DNA of 64,000 nt from Octopus sinensis (Eukaryota), in NCBI RefSeq assembly GCF_006345805.1, contig NC_042998.1:96286001-96350000 (forward strand). Reading direction: 5' to 3'. Below, in pieces: positions 51,622-64,000 of the stretch. Position 1 is the first letter of the stretch; the number at the start of each line of letters is the position of its first letter. The notes beneath the pieces are model-generated. The model was not told the origin of the DNA. It worked only from the letters and a program-made list of their open reading frames with translations, and did not search any database. Made by a program: the position numbers and the translations under genes.

Positions 51622-51825
51622 CTGGCTGGCCAGATTGGAGCAATCTCAAGATTAATCAGCCAAAATTGCGAGGATGATCCGGTTCTTGACTGAGGATAAA
51701 AGGCTTTGAATGACCCGTCCTTGTTTTTTTGTATTGGCTATCTGGATGTTTTGTTGTCCCTTTTTGTATCATCTAGTTGTCCGGATGTTTTGCATTCTTG
51801 TCCCATTTTGTATTTTGTTTTTTAT
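51622..51825. mobile_element. Unclassified short element in (AT)n with an internal ~45 bp duplication
   Basis: GGATGTTTTG...TTGTCCC.TTTTGTAT occurs twice; sharp microsatellite borders. Confidence 0.5.
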
Positions 51826-51848
51826 ATATATATATGAATGTATATGTA

Positions 51849-51880
<32 letters not shown>

Positions 51881-52688
51881 GTAGAAATGTATGATTTGAC
51901 AGAGATATATTTGTTATTGCTAAACAGGTTGAAATACAACATAAGGCAGAGGCATGGATAAGCATTAAAATTGTTGCAGCTACATATTCCCCCTTAACCT
52001 ACCCCAATTCCAACCTCCACAGGTGTCATGTACAAAAATGAGTTATGTGAAAATTGTGTTGATTGTGACATTTAGTTCTCCAGCCCAGTTTTATTTCAGT
52101 GCAAGTTTCTATATCCTCAGGAAATAGCTTCAGCAAATATTTCCATAACAAGCCTAGGTAAAAGAAAAGAATATAACAGGTAACTTCCTCACCTGCTGAT
52201 ATTAACACCTTAGTAGATTATATGCTATCGAGGATGTCTTTTGTATCATCATCATCATTTTAATGTCCACCTATCCAAGGTTTGTTGTGACAGATGCCCT
52301 TCCTGTTACCGACCCTCATCTTTTTCTAAGCGAAGTAACATTTTCTTATGGCCAAACATGTTTTTGCAAAAGAGTGAACATGAATGACACTGCTTGTATA
52401 ACAGTGACACTCATTTACAACTATCATACAAGGACTGTGCCATGGTCTATAGTCTGCTTTGGTGTGGTTTCTTTGGCCGGATGCCCTTCCCAATGCCTAC
52501 TACTTTACAGAGTGTACTGGGTGCTTTCTGCACGTTACCAAAGAGCACCCATTACACTCTGTAAGTGATTAGCATAAAAAAGGGCATCCAGCTGTAGAAA
52601 CCATGCCAAAGCAGACAGTAGGTGTGTGTGTATATGTGTGTGTGTGTATGTATGTTTGTGTATATATATATATATATATATATTGGCT

Positions 52689-53019
52689 AGGCGCATGGCT
52701 CAGTGGTTAGAGTGTTGAGCTTACGATCGTGAGGTTGTGAGCTCGAATCCCGGACCGGGCTGCGTGTTGTGTTCTTGAGCAAGGCACTTTATTTCACGTT
52801 GCTCCAGTTCACTCAGCTGTAGAAATGAGTTGCGACGTCACTGGTGCCAAGCTGTATCGACCTTTGTCTTTCCCTTGGATAACACTGGTGGCGTGGAGAG
52901 GGGAGGCTGGTATGCATGGGCGACTGCTGGTCTTCCATAAACAACCTTGCCCGGACTTGTGTCTAGGAGAGTAACTTTCTAGGTGCAATCCCATGGTCAT
53001 TCCTGACCGAAGGGGGTCT
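52689..53019 (+). mobile_element. tRNA-derived SINE family C (Nin/Deu-like core), full length
   Basis: GGCGCATGGCTCAGTGGTTAGAG...CTCGAATCC head; GTTCTTGAGCAAGGCACTTT..CCAGTTCACTCAGCTGT core. Confidence 0.9.
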
Positions 53020-53197
53020 TAAATATATATATACACGCAAATACACATATATGTATCATCATCACATTAAACGATGATGATGATGTATATATGTGCATTT
53101 GTGTATGTATTTTTATGTGTGCTTGTGTGTATATAGGTGCGTGTATATAAGTATGTGCATATATATATATATATATATATGTGTATGTATATATATG

Positions 53198-53259
<62 letters not shown>

Positions 53260-53633
53260 TGTGTATGTATGTATACCTGTATATGAGTATATGTGCATGT
53301 GTTTGAATAAATGCAAATTTTCATATAAATTTCCCCCTTTTTTTATGAATGAGAGACCCCAGTAAAACAAGTAGACACATGTTCTATGTATCCTTATTTC
53401 GGTATATGGCTGGGATTTTTAACAATTCATGTTCTGGTTGATGTACGAGCAGTCGCCTCTAATAATGATATATACTATATTTTTAACGCAAGAGGTCATG
53501 GGTGGGACGCCTTTGATCAGGTCTGTCCCTAGGCAACAACATAGAGAATTATGTGACCATTTCAGCTAGTATCGCTATTTGCTTTGCTGTACTGTTTTGT
53601 TAAATTGTACGAAAATAGTACCTACAATACACA

Positions 53634-53667
<34 letters not shown>

Positions 53668-53799
53668 AAACACGCATATGTGTGTGTAGAAAGAAAGAAA
53701 GGAAGAAAATTGAAATTCAGGGAATTCTCGAGAGTGCACTCCAACAGCAAAACAAATAATAATTGAAGAGAAATTCCTATGTCAAGTTTTGACTTGAGA

Positions 53800-54430
53800 A
53801 GAAAATGTGTGTGAGGGGGAAGGAGAGAGAGAGAAAGAGACTGACAAACAGACAGACAGGCAGACAAGGGATAGGTTGAAAGAATTGAATCAACATAAGT
53901 GAAAGTAACAGCAACAGATATAGAAGCGATAATGAGAGTGAGAGAGAAGAGGAAAGAGGGAAGGAAGAGAAGAAGCTATACGTATGAGGGAGAGACTGTA
54001 AAAAATTGGTGTGTGTGTGGGAGAGAGAGAGAGAAAGACACAAACAGACACAGAGAGAACGAGGAGAGAAAAAGAAAAAATAAACTATTTAAGAGGAAGG
54101 GAAGAGAAAGAAAAGAGCTGTGCAAGAGAGTGAGGAAAAAAATATTGTGTTTGAGTGAGAGAGGGAGATAGAGAGCGTTATTGAGGAGAAATGCGTTTGT
54201 TTGAGCCAAAGAGAAAAGGAGAGTGTGAACGAAAGATTGTGTGGAAGAGAGTCACAGAGAAAAAGTGAGGGAGAGAGATGTTATGTGTATGTGAGAGAGA
54301 AAGAGTGAGAAAGGTTGTGTGAGCAAGTGAGAGAGGTTGTGAGAAATAGAGCTAGTGAGAGAGAGAAAAAGAGAAATGAGGAGTGAGAAATAGAGAGGAG
54401 GTAGGAGAGAACGACAGAGAGACAGAAATT
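53800..54430 (+). repeat. GA-rich low-complexity purine tract
   Basis: Directly visible strand asymmetry. Confidence 0.85.
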
Positions 54431-54671
54431 GAAAGGCACTGTGTGTGTGTGTATGTGTGTGTCACATGTGCCATTCAATCGGTCTGCACTGGTAATAATC
54501 GTCTGTTGCCCTACTTTACTTGTTGAAAGTCAGGCATTTCGTTCCTATTATCTCCCCATTTCTATCGCCGGTATCTGTAATACAGACATTTGTCTGTAAA
54601 TTTATTCATAGTGCAGTACTACACAACGTTTTTTCGATCATTTCAAATGATCCTTTGTTAAGAAACATTCA

Positions 54672-54713
<42 letters not shown>

Positions 54714-54714
54714 A

Positions 54715-54756
<42 letters not shown>

Positions 54757-54899
54757 GTTTGTCTCTCTCTCTCTCTTCCTCTGTATGCTCGAATGTACGT
54801 TAGACTGACTGACAGACAGACAGACAGATAGACAGTTAAATAGATAGATAGATATTCGTTCGAAGCTGAAGACAGTTTCTTTAGACGACTACAAAAGAG

Positions 54900-55306
54900 G
54901 GATCTTTTCGGTTTGAACGGCAGTTTTTGTCTAGCGGTGTCATATGAAATTGTCACCCATAATTATGACCCTAGTATCGATCTATTGCATTTCAATCTGT
55001 TTTAGGGTTAGGGTTAGGGGTGGGGGAAGGGTATCTTTTTTTCTTCAGAAATATAAATAAACCCAATCTGTTTCTTAAACGAGGGACATATTCATACGGC
55101 ACAGAATGTTTTTTAACTCAATGGACGTCATCGATTGGTAGAAATTGAAGAAAAAAAACAACAAATATCTTACAAACTATAGAATTTCTTAATAAAGCCA
55201 AGAGAAAAAGATGTTTTATAAACACATTCTACCAGTATACGAAGTTTAAAATTTTTTAGTTACCTAGAAATTATGTTAAAAACTGCCGTTCAAACCGAAA
55301 AGATCC
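54900..55306. mobile_element. 407 bp MITE with 29 bp perfect TIR, 8 bp TSD and internal TTAGGG repeats (Merlin-like)
   Basis: GGATCTTTTCGGTTTGAACGGCAGTTTTT at both ends; CAAAAGAG at 54892-54899 and 55307-55314; (TTAGGG)3 at 55002-55019. Confidence 0.9.
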
Positions 55307-55640
55307 CAAAAGAGATGTCATATGGAGGATTACGAGAAGCGATATGCTCCGAGTAGCGACGAATGAATCATCATCGGCTTAAAACCAATAAATAAACACT
55401 TATTTATTTACATGCAATACGAATCTTTACTCTTGTTTGGTGTATCTTGTATCCAGACATGAGTGTGCATGTGTGTATATATATATACACACATACACAC
55501 ACGTTCTTGACGTCATAAGAATTTTATAGAGAACGTGAAATAATTCTTCTTTGGAATAGTTAATATGGGAACACATAACGTTATAACCAGCAGCATGTAA
55601 ATAATGAGCTGAAAAAGCTCTTTTGAATAGAAAAGGTCAA

Positions 55641-55713
55641 AGGCTGCCAGTGGGACTCGAACCTACATCTCCTATAGATATGACAGATGTTTTACCATTG
55701 GACCAAAGCATAT
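55641..55713 (-). pseudogene. tRNA pseudogene or isolated tRNA-like SINE head
   Basis: A box TGGTCCAATGG, B box GGTTCGAGTCC, recognisable anticodon and T stems, downstream T-runs; acceptor and D stems mispaired, anticodon loop non-canonical. Confidence 0.65.
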
Positions 55714-57496
55714 GTAAGCGCGTGTGCTTATTATGTTGGGGCAGGTGTATGGGTTGCTGTGTGAGCTGTACTTTACCTGTTTTGAAAGTAATCAACAACA
55801 GGTGTCCATGATGCTCATACTGAGTATTGATCTCTTTGCGCATGCCCTTGTGTGTGTGTGTGTTTGTGTTTGTGTGTGGTTCTGGATGTATGCAACTTTG
55901 ATGCTAAGGATGACGTTCAATATTTTCCTACTTCCTTCATTGTCTGTTTTCCTCATTTAACGGTAGAAGTATTTTCAAAAATATTTTTATCACTTTGGGC
56001 ATAGTAAAGGCATTTTTTCTTTCATAAATCTTTTAAAAGAGATTGTTTATGCTAAAAGTAGTAAAATATTTTTCACTTGTTTTACTTAAAATTCCGTAGA
56101 GATTTGAGTTAATAAGTCGTGTGTGTTTTGTTATAGTTTCCGTAACCAGTTATATTAAATATGTGTATGGTTGTAATATATTTTGTCAATATATAACCCA
56201 ACGCGTACACACACATACGCCATCGCACACACAGACGTCATCGCATACACAAACACCATCGCACACACACACAAGTAACTTGACTTTGATTAACTACAGT
56301 TTCCAAAGAATTAGTAAAACGAGAAAAATAGGATTTACTACACTAAAGTTAGAAAAATTATTTTGCCACATTTCAGTATGTATATGTACGTATGTTCTCA
56401 TCTGTTTTTAATTATTTGAAAAGTTCCTTGAAGGAAGGAGCTTGTTTCTAACGAAGATAGATACAAAGCTGTATCGATGGAATGTAAATAACAAAGCAAA
56501 TTCACATTTTGAAATTGAGAAAAGTCTTGCATACTTTTACTGTTCTGCTTACAGATTGTATTTGTAATGTTCGCGTTAGTTGGTTGATTTCCTTTTTGAA
56601 AACCCTAACTTTTCTAGATTGTCACTAAGGCATTTACCAACAAAACCGTCCGTGCATGTATGCTACCCTTTAACTCTCGTTAAAGTATGTCGTTAGGAAA
56701 TAATTAGTCTTATATAATGTCTGGGGAGTGTTATTTGGGTAAGTCATGGTACGAACGTGTACCATTTTTCTGCTCTTAGACTCTCTAAAACATGCGGCCG
56801 GTCCTGTACTAGCCTTTATCAGTGTAACCACATCATCTGTGTGGGTAGTCTAATAGCTTAGTAATCTTCTGCGGAAAAATGATTTTTTAAAATTGAATTC
56901 TTGGATCTCCATATCTCAAAATCTATGGGAGTGTCTTTTACATGCACACATGCAGATATATAATAGATTATGTAATGTATAATTGTGTAATATACATGAT
57001 AAATTATATAATATATATATAATACACACACATATAGTCAGTGCTGGTCAAACCACCAACGGTTACAATATATGTATGTTTGTGTGTCAAATTATTAAAT
57101 AAATACTGGCGAAAGATGACATGCTTTTCTAATACATTTAACTATAACATTAAATAAATAATTCTTTAAAAGAATGAATTTCAATAGTTATGCCATATAA
57201 ACTATTCTGTGCTGTGGATACAAAAACCACAAGAGCAGATTAACTCTAGTTTTTGTAGCAAGTATCAAGTGTATCATGTTTTCACCAAAGACTATATATA
57301 GTAAACTAGCATCCTCTCCCAAAAGGGAAAATGTAACTTTATATAATGAATGAATTCTATCAGAAAGAGTAGAGTAATAATCTTTTGTGACTTATTTATT
57401 TTTCTCTCAAAGTAAATTTTCTTTTCGTACCATCGAAACTCGTTCAGGTTTTCCAAAAACGCATGAAATCATAATAGACCAAGATGCTGAACTTTT

Positions 57497-58048
57497 AAGG
57501 CAGCGTGCTGGCAGATTCATTAGCATGTCGGGAAAATGCATAGTGGTATTTCTTCCGACTCTAGCACGCCGGGTGAAATGCTTAGCGGTATTTCGTCTGC
57601 CGTTACGTTGTGAGTTCAAATTCCGCCGAGGTTGACTTTGCCTTTCTTCCTTTCGAGGGTCGATTAAATAAGTACCAGTTACACACTGGGGTCGATATAA
57701 TCGACTTAATCTGTTTGTCTGTCCTTGTTTGTCTCCTCTGTGTTTAGCCCCTTGTGGGTAGTAAAGAAATAAGTATTTCGTCTGCCGTTACGTTGTGAGT
57801 TCAAATTCCGCCGAGGTTGACTTTGCCTTTCTTCCTTTCGGTGTCGATTAAATAAGTACCAGTTACGCACTGGGGTCGACATAATCGACTTAATACCTAT
57901 GTCTGTCCTTGTTTATCCCCTCTATGTTTAGCCCCTTGTGGGTAATAAAGAAATAGGTATTTCTTCCGACTCTTTACGTTCTGAGTTCAAATCCTGTGGA
58001 GGTCAACTTTGCCTTTTATTTGTTCGGGGTCGATAAAATGAAATACCT
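57497..58048 (+). mobile_element. SINE B containing a nested tandem dimer of a younger SINE B variant
   Basis: GGTATTTCTTCCGACTCT duplicated at about 57545-57562 and 57956-57973; two ~185 bp units between them. Confidence 0.88.
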
Positions 58049-58449
58049 GGCCTTGAACGGACCGGCGTCCCATTGAGGAGGAATGTTGTGATCTCGGTCA
58101 CTTATACGCCATGGCAGCCGGTCTTATGAGTTCTAGGGCTGAGACTGCAGTGGTTCATATTTTGTCACTGGAGCTATTTGTTTTATGACCAAAGCATTTA
58201 AATTTCTAAACAGATAGACCAACAAGGGAGTCTTTGAATAATCGCTCGACGCAGTAACCAAATCTGTCTTAAATCACATCCACCCTCTTTGAAAAAGGAG
58301 GTACACTTTGGATAACATAGTCTTAGAACAGAAAGCTTGCAAGGATTGATCGTGAGTAATCTAGGGTTGATGAATGGCTTACGTCAACAACACAACAACT
58401 GCAGGTGTTAAGTTATTTGTTCACTGACTACACTGGTTATCTTATACAG

Positions 58450-58599
58450 CGGGGCTGGGGAGTCGAAACAAAAAAAAAATTGACTCCGACTCCTCTACTA
58501 TTGGCGCCTCCGACTCCACCACGTAATTAAGTGATTGTGGTCTATTTTACCGACTCCGACTACCACTCCACGACTCCCGAGTCCGATTCCACAGCCCTG
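58450..58599. mobile_element. hAT-type MITE with CCGACT(CC) subterminal repeats
   Basis: CGGGGCTGGGGAGTCG / CGATTCCACAGCCCTG termini; TSD TTATACAG/TTATACAC. Confidence 0.8.
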
Positions 58600-59243
58600 T
58601 TATACACATAATGTTTCTCCTCTTGGCACAAGGCCAGCAGTGTTTTTGATGGGAGGTGGGAAGTCGACCCTAGTGCTCTACTGGTGCTTATTTTATCTAC
58701 ACTGAAAGGATGAAAGGCAAAGCCGGCTCAGCTGAATTTGATCTTAGAAAGCAAAGGACCGGAAAATATGCCGCAAAACATCTTGTCCTGCTGCAAATAC
58801 TCTTAACTGCATTTCCTAAAACCACGTTGAAACCTGGAAATGTTTTCATTCCCCTAGAAAAGAACAGTAAAACTACCTTGCTTTACTAATCTTCAGTATA
58901 TGATAGCTGTCTTTAAAGCATTTTAAGGTTTTTTTCTTCTTTTGATGTTACCAGAAAGACATGTTCATACCTACACTACATCGATATTAACATAAAAGAA
59001 TGTCTCGTACTTTCTGAACTCAGGCAAAAGCTGTTTATATTATCTTTTTATGCATTCACACACTTACATATACATATATTTGTAGTATATATTCATATAT
59101 ATATATAATCCAATAACCCTGTCTTTTTACTTTACGAGTTTCTACGTGTATCATGACTTCACCGTAAAAACAGATCAACAAACCCTGCTGGAAGTCCTTT
59201 TTCTTTTCATCTTTTTTGGTATCTAGCTCTCTCTTTATGACCA

Positions 59244-59244
<1 letters not shown>

Positions 59245-59338
<94 letters not shown>

Positions 59339-59970
59339 AGCTGCCAATGAAATTATTGCTCCGGAAATACCATTGTTAATCTGTTTGGGTGTCTTTCTCA
59401 TTTGGAGACTTTACCGCAACAGTTATGTATGTAATAAATTTTCTTCTCCTAATTTCGTATCGAGTCTATCTCATAAACGATTACTATAGGACGGAAAACG
59501 TTAAGTATTTCCTGGCGCACCTTCGAAATGATTCTCTTGTTTTGTACGAATTAAAACGTGTTTTTCAATGGCACTTGTGTCTATAGATGCGCGCTTGTGC
59601 ACACACATACGGATACGGCTTGGTGAAAGTTTGTATACACAAACCGTGGGACAGTACTCAAAACATGAAATGGGATTTATATAGTTTATTACAAACTGAA
59701 GGTTCCCAGATAGTAGTAGCTGTTAGTAAGTTTCACGCTTCCAGTAGTTTCATGGTTTAAATATATATACATATATATATAAAATTTATAGATAGATAGA
59801 TAGATAAATAGATAGACAGACAGACAGATAGATAGACAATTGCTTCTCTTTCACTCTCGTTCTCTGCTTGGGCGTATCTTACAATTATTTAACCTGTTTA
59901 CGCCGTTCGTTTTTGTTTTACAAGCTCCACCATTCAGTACAAGCATGTCGTACTATTACCTCCACACCCA

Positions 59971-60019
<49 letters not shown>

Positions 60020-60034
60020 GTTACTACTACTACT
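59245..60034. repeat. Microsatellites (CTTT)n/(CT)n 59245-59336, (GATA)n 59788-59838, (CTA)n 59972-60034
   Basis: Directly visible. Confidence 0.9.
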
Positions 60035-61599
60035 GTGATTGCTCCAAATTTGTCATAGATCTCATGACGTGTGTGGGCGCCTGCCACTGACTATTCGAAA
60101 ACTAAATAATATATTGGTTCTGTTTTTAATACAAAATGCTCTATTTCATGACAAAGTGTTTAATCGTCCATGACTAAAATAGTGGATGTTATATGTAAAA
60201 CGAGGATGCTGATGATGATGACTTGTGTGTCTGTCTGTGCGTATTCCTGTGTGTCTGTAAGAGCAAGGTGCAGAGATACAAATATAATAGTACTTAAAGA
60301 AATGTAGTGTTACGTATGTGTGTGTATGTAGGCGTATGCTCTGTGTTTATCGTCTTCATACAACATAGCCACATGTTACGACTCGCGTCTCCTCAGAGAA
60401 AACTTACTTTACTCAGTAACATTAAGTTCTTGTTGAGATTATATAGATTTCGATCTCCTAATTGAAATCTATGCAATAATACATACATACGTTTAACATA
60501 AGTGTGCATATTTGTGTGTGTGTGTGCGTGTGTACATGCACAGAAGCCGCCATTAAAGAAGTGGATATTGAATTTAAAATGGTGACGTATGTATGTATAT
60601 GTATATAAATATTTCTTCCATGGTTCATCCGTAATATATAATTTATACTAATCCTTTTGCTTTCTTTTACTCATAAATGTTTCAGTATCCATAAACTCTG
60701 CTTCGTCATTCAATATTTCACCCCAAAAGACTTCGAATGCCGAGGTCAACTGAAACATTATGATTTCTTATAAATGCACATTTTGACATTTCCTTTCAGT
60801 TGAGGGAAGTGGGAAATTGCAACGTCATTTCTTTCCCTGGAGCATTAACAACTTAAAAGCAGAGAACTGGTTCAAGCTAGGATTGAAAGCTAGATCTGGG
60901 ATTTGGCTCATTAGGAGACATTATGCTTACTATGGTGCCCTCTATTAATAACTTGAGCTACCACAATGGCTCGAGGTCATAAATTTTTAGTGAAGGAACA
61001 TGATCGATAAATCAAATCCTGTGAGATGGAATGTAAAGTTTGTCTCGGTTTGTCATGATCATATTAACTGTGGCCAAGCTGTAGTGAAAACTGAATTGCG
61101 CTTACGATCTCGGTCTGCGCACACTTCACAAATTCTCACTATAAGTACCTTAATAATGGAGTTCTTTATGTGGAAGTCATTCGTATAGTGTCATATTTAT
61201 AACAAAGTTTACTCAATTGTTTTGTCAATTTCCTCTTCCTCTGAAAATGAATGACCTTTGTCACAATGCTGGGACATCCTACTTAAACACAGCTCTTGTA
61301 AAACTATTACAACAGTGAGCTTTGTTCTACTCATTCAATTTAATAGTTTATAAGGCATTTAAGTCACCTCAAACTTTATTGTTTAGTAAATAAAACAAGA
61401 CTGTGGTAGTAGTAAAAAGAAAACAGGAGCAGGTTTTAAAATTGCATTTCTATGAATTGAACAAGATGTGTACTTAAACGTAGTGGGTTCCAATTCAGTT
61501 ATAAGAGTATTTGAAGTATTAATTTTTGGAAGATATTAGAAGATGGCATGGATGTAAGAATGGCTGTGATATTCGTGTTTCCGAGAAAATTCATATATA

Positions 61600-62878
61600 T
61601 AGGGTGCGATGGGTAAATTGTCGCTATTTTATATTTTTAATTTCACGCATGCGCATTGTTTGTTTTTTGATTTTGTCGACTTCACAGTGTAGTAGGGTCT
61701 GTTGGGCACCGTCTGTGAGAAAAACAGCACCATGGCACAATTCACTGTGCGAGAAATTTGGAAGCGACATGCTGTACTGCTTGGCATTCGCGCCGAAAGC
61801 TTCAATACGAACATTTCAGAGTGTTTGGGTGTCAATCTGAGGATAATGCAGAGGATTCAGAAAGAGTTGGATGAGTCTAATGGTAATTACGGAGGTATGG
61901 AGGTTGGAAAACTCATTCTGATCGTTATAAATAAAGAACTGAATTTATTGGGGAGATCCAGGCCATGATTGACAATGATCCCTCCAAGTCAATCAGGTCC
62001 ATTGTCAGAGACATGGGAGTGACTGAGTTTCTTATCAGGTAGGTAGTGTATGAAAACATTCGGTATTCCTCATACAACATCAGAAAGGGCCAATTTTGAT
62101 CCCAAGCCACCAAGGAGAAGAAAGACCGCGCTACGAAGTTTTTCAATAAACTCAAATATCCCCTCCAACCGAACATGCTTTGATTTTTCTCAGACGAGAA
62201 AAACTTCTACCAGGATCATATGGTGAACACACAGAACAACCGTTGGCTTGCCGTATCCCCAAAACATGTACCGAAAGTGATAAAAATCACATCCAGTCAA
62301 CATCATGGTGTTTGGAGTGATCACAAGTGATGGCGACGTTATGCCTCTATTCATCTTCCCACACGGCCTCAGATTCAGTACGGAGGCCTACATCAAGTAC
62401 CTGGAGGAGGTCGTTCTACCCTGGTTCAAGAGGGTGGCTGCTGGAAGACCCTATGTCTGGTAGCAGAACTCTCTGCACCATGCCTCACAAGTAGAAGAAC
62501 CCAGACACTTGCTGCGACCACATTACCCCTAACATCTGGCCACCTAACCCCCCAGACTGCAACTCCCTTCATTATTATGTGTGGGGTGCAGTTGAACTAG
62601 AGACAACGAAACTCCTTGTAACACCAAAGATGAACTGAAGGCAAGGATTATGGCAGTATTCACCAACTTAAACAAAGAGAGTGTCCAGAAGAGTTGCAGG
62701 AGTTTCCGAAGTCGTCTGGAGGCCGTGGTTGAAGCCAATCGCGATTTTACTGAATAAATTAATTCTAATATTTCAAGGTATTTTTATGTAATTTCGGTAA
62801 ATATATCTGTTAAAATGAAATGTCAATGTTATTTTCATTTTTGCGTAATTTAGACGACAGTTTATTCACTGCACTCTG
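61600..62878 (+). mobile_element. Near full-length Tc1/mariner element, maT (DD37D)-like
   Basis: TA-flanked, imperfect TIRs AGGGTGCGATGGGTAAATTGTCG / CGACAGTTTATTCACTGCACTCTG, 1.28 kb. Confidence 0.92.
61732..62757 (+). pseudogene. Inactivated DDD transposase
   Basis: MAQFTVREIWKRHAVLLG...FFSDEKNF...MVFGVITSDG...PYVW*QN...IWPPNPPDCNSLHYYVWGAVE...FRSRLEAVVEAN; several stops and frameshifts. Confidence 0.9.
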
Positions 62879-64000
62879 TATGAAATGGTTTTATTCTAAA
62901 CACTCGTTCGGAGCTGTATATTTGTCGTCCTAACTCGAAGTCGTTGTTGAATCATTTTAAAAGCAATAAGAAAAAAAAAGCCTTTTGATTTGATTGAATC
63001 ATATATAGACACAAAACTTTCAATATCTGAGTAGACATCTATCAGAGATATTGATAAGTAGATCCAACACCTGATAAAATATGTTTGCGTATCGTTTGGT
63101 TACACAAACGCATTTTATCTTCTGAGAAGACTAATGTATGCAGATCATTCATGATCTGAGACAAACAGACATTAGTTATAGAGAGTGTGAATCTTTATAC
63201 ATACATACATACATACATACATACATACATACATGCATACATGTATGCAGAGAGAGAGAGAGAGAGAGTGTGTGTGTATGTGTGTGTATAATATATATAT
63301 ATATAGAGAGAGTATTATATATGTGTGTGTGTGTATACAATCACACGTACATACATGCGCTTGAAGTTATATACATTCATATGTAAATTCATACATTAAT
63401 GGTGAATGTGCTAAAACCATTAGAATGTCGAGAATCAGACTTTGTTAAAACAAACCGACTCCACCTAACAACTCGATTGAATCAATGACAACATTAAACT
63501 GCTGTAAGTAGCGTTAATTATACTGTTACCGTCTCAACAGCGTACAGTTACCTGCACTGTATACTCAGGAAGAAAAGCATGTCTGAGCTATCAGGTGTAA
63601 GGTAGACGTCACTTAATATCATGATATGTGTGCCAATGTCACTCAACACCATTTCACACTAACACGATCATTGACTGATAGATGTCAATGTAATTTTCGT
63701 TATTTACTTTTAGCTAGTTGATGTATGTTTGTGTAAATATATATATATGAATGTATCTCATTTTAAGTATGAATTTGATTAATTTATGTATGCGTATGGT
63801 GACCTGAGCAAGAACATAATCCCCAAGAAGCCAAAATGTACATATGATAGTGCATATGGAGGTAGAAGGACACGTGCACGTGTCTTAGTGACTATTTACT
63901 TTACACTATACTTACATGTTTGTTGATTGTGTAATTACCCGTTCTTTGTCTTCACGAAACAAGAATCGGATTAATGATTAAGATTACTGTATAATGTGTC

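Noticed and set aside
51685-51722. CTGAGGA...GAATG...GTC in the (AT)n-embedded element
   Set aside because: GAAA incomplete and flanks are not complementary.
52100-52157. Exon candidate TTTCAG|CKFLYPQEIASANISITSL|GTAAAA (similar ones near 35757-35821 minus and 63541-63601)
   Set aside because: Splice-like motifs of this strength are common in AT-rich DNA and the peptides resemble nothing recognisable.
55002-55019. True telomere or chromosome fusion site
   Set aside because: Only three units, internal to a MITE with TIRs and a TSD.
60370-60396. Minus-strand CUGAGGA-GAC GCGA GUC-GUAAC-AU-GUG hammerhead look-alike
   Set aside because: GAAA box altered, GUG triplet is not cleavable, and stem I does not pair.
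61028-61039. TGGAATGTAAAG, the first 12 nt of miR-1 (a similar stretch at about 56478)
   Set aside because: The match stops after 11-12 nt and the sequence does not lie on one arm of a pre-miRNA hairpin.

Overview
AT-rich, microsatellite-dense animal genomic DNA. The SINE repertoire points to an octopod cephalopod (Octopus); this is recognition, not a database hit. Most of the window is transposon debris: at least six SINE-like families, CR1, RTE and Penelope-like retroelement fragments, Tc1/mariner fossils (a near full-length maT-like copy plus its internal-deletion derivative), hAT and Merlin-like MITEs, and non-autonomous Helitrons. No intact protein-coding gene is demonstrable, and almost all listed ORFs are translations of microsatellites or SINEs. 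The best host-gene candidate is a signal-peptide exon at 22905-22988, which precedes a roughly 30 kb CpG-depleted domain. The most notable structure is a set of hammerhead-ribozyme motifs. A ~350 bp palindrome (37612-37960) carries two divergent type-I hammerheads with intact cores, a second divergent pair with decayed cores lies at 2631-3337, and single or partial copies lie next to microsatellites. All observations were made by eye, and repeat boundaries are approximate.
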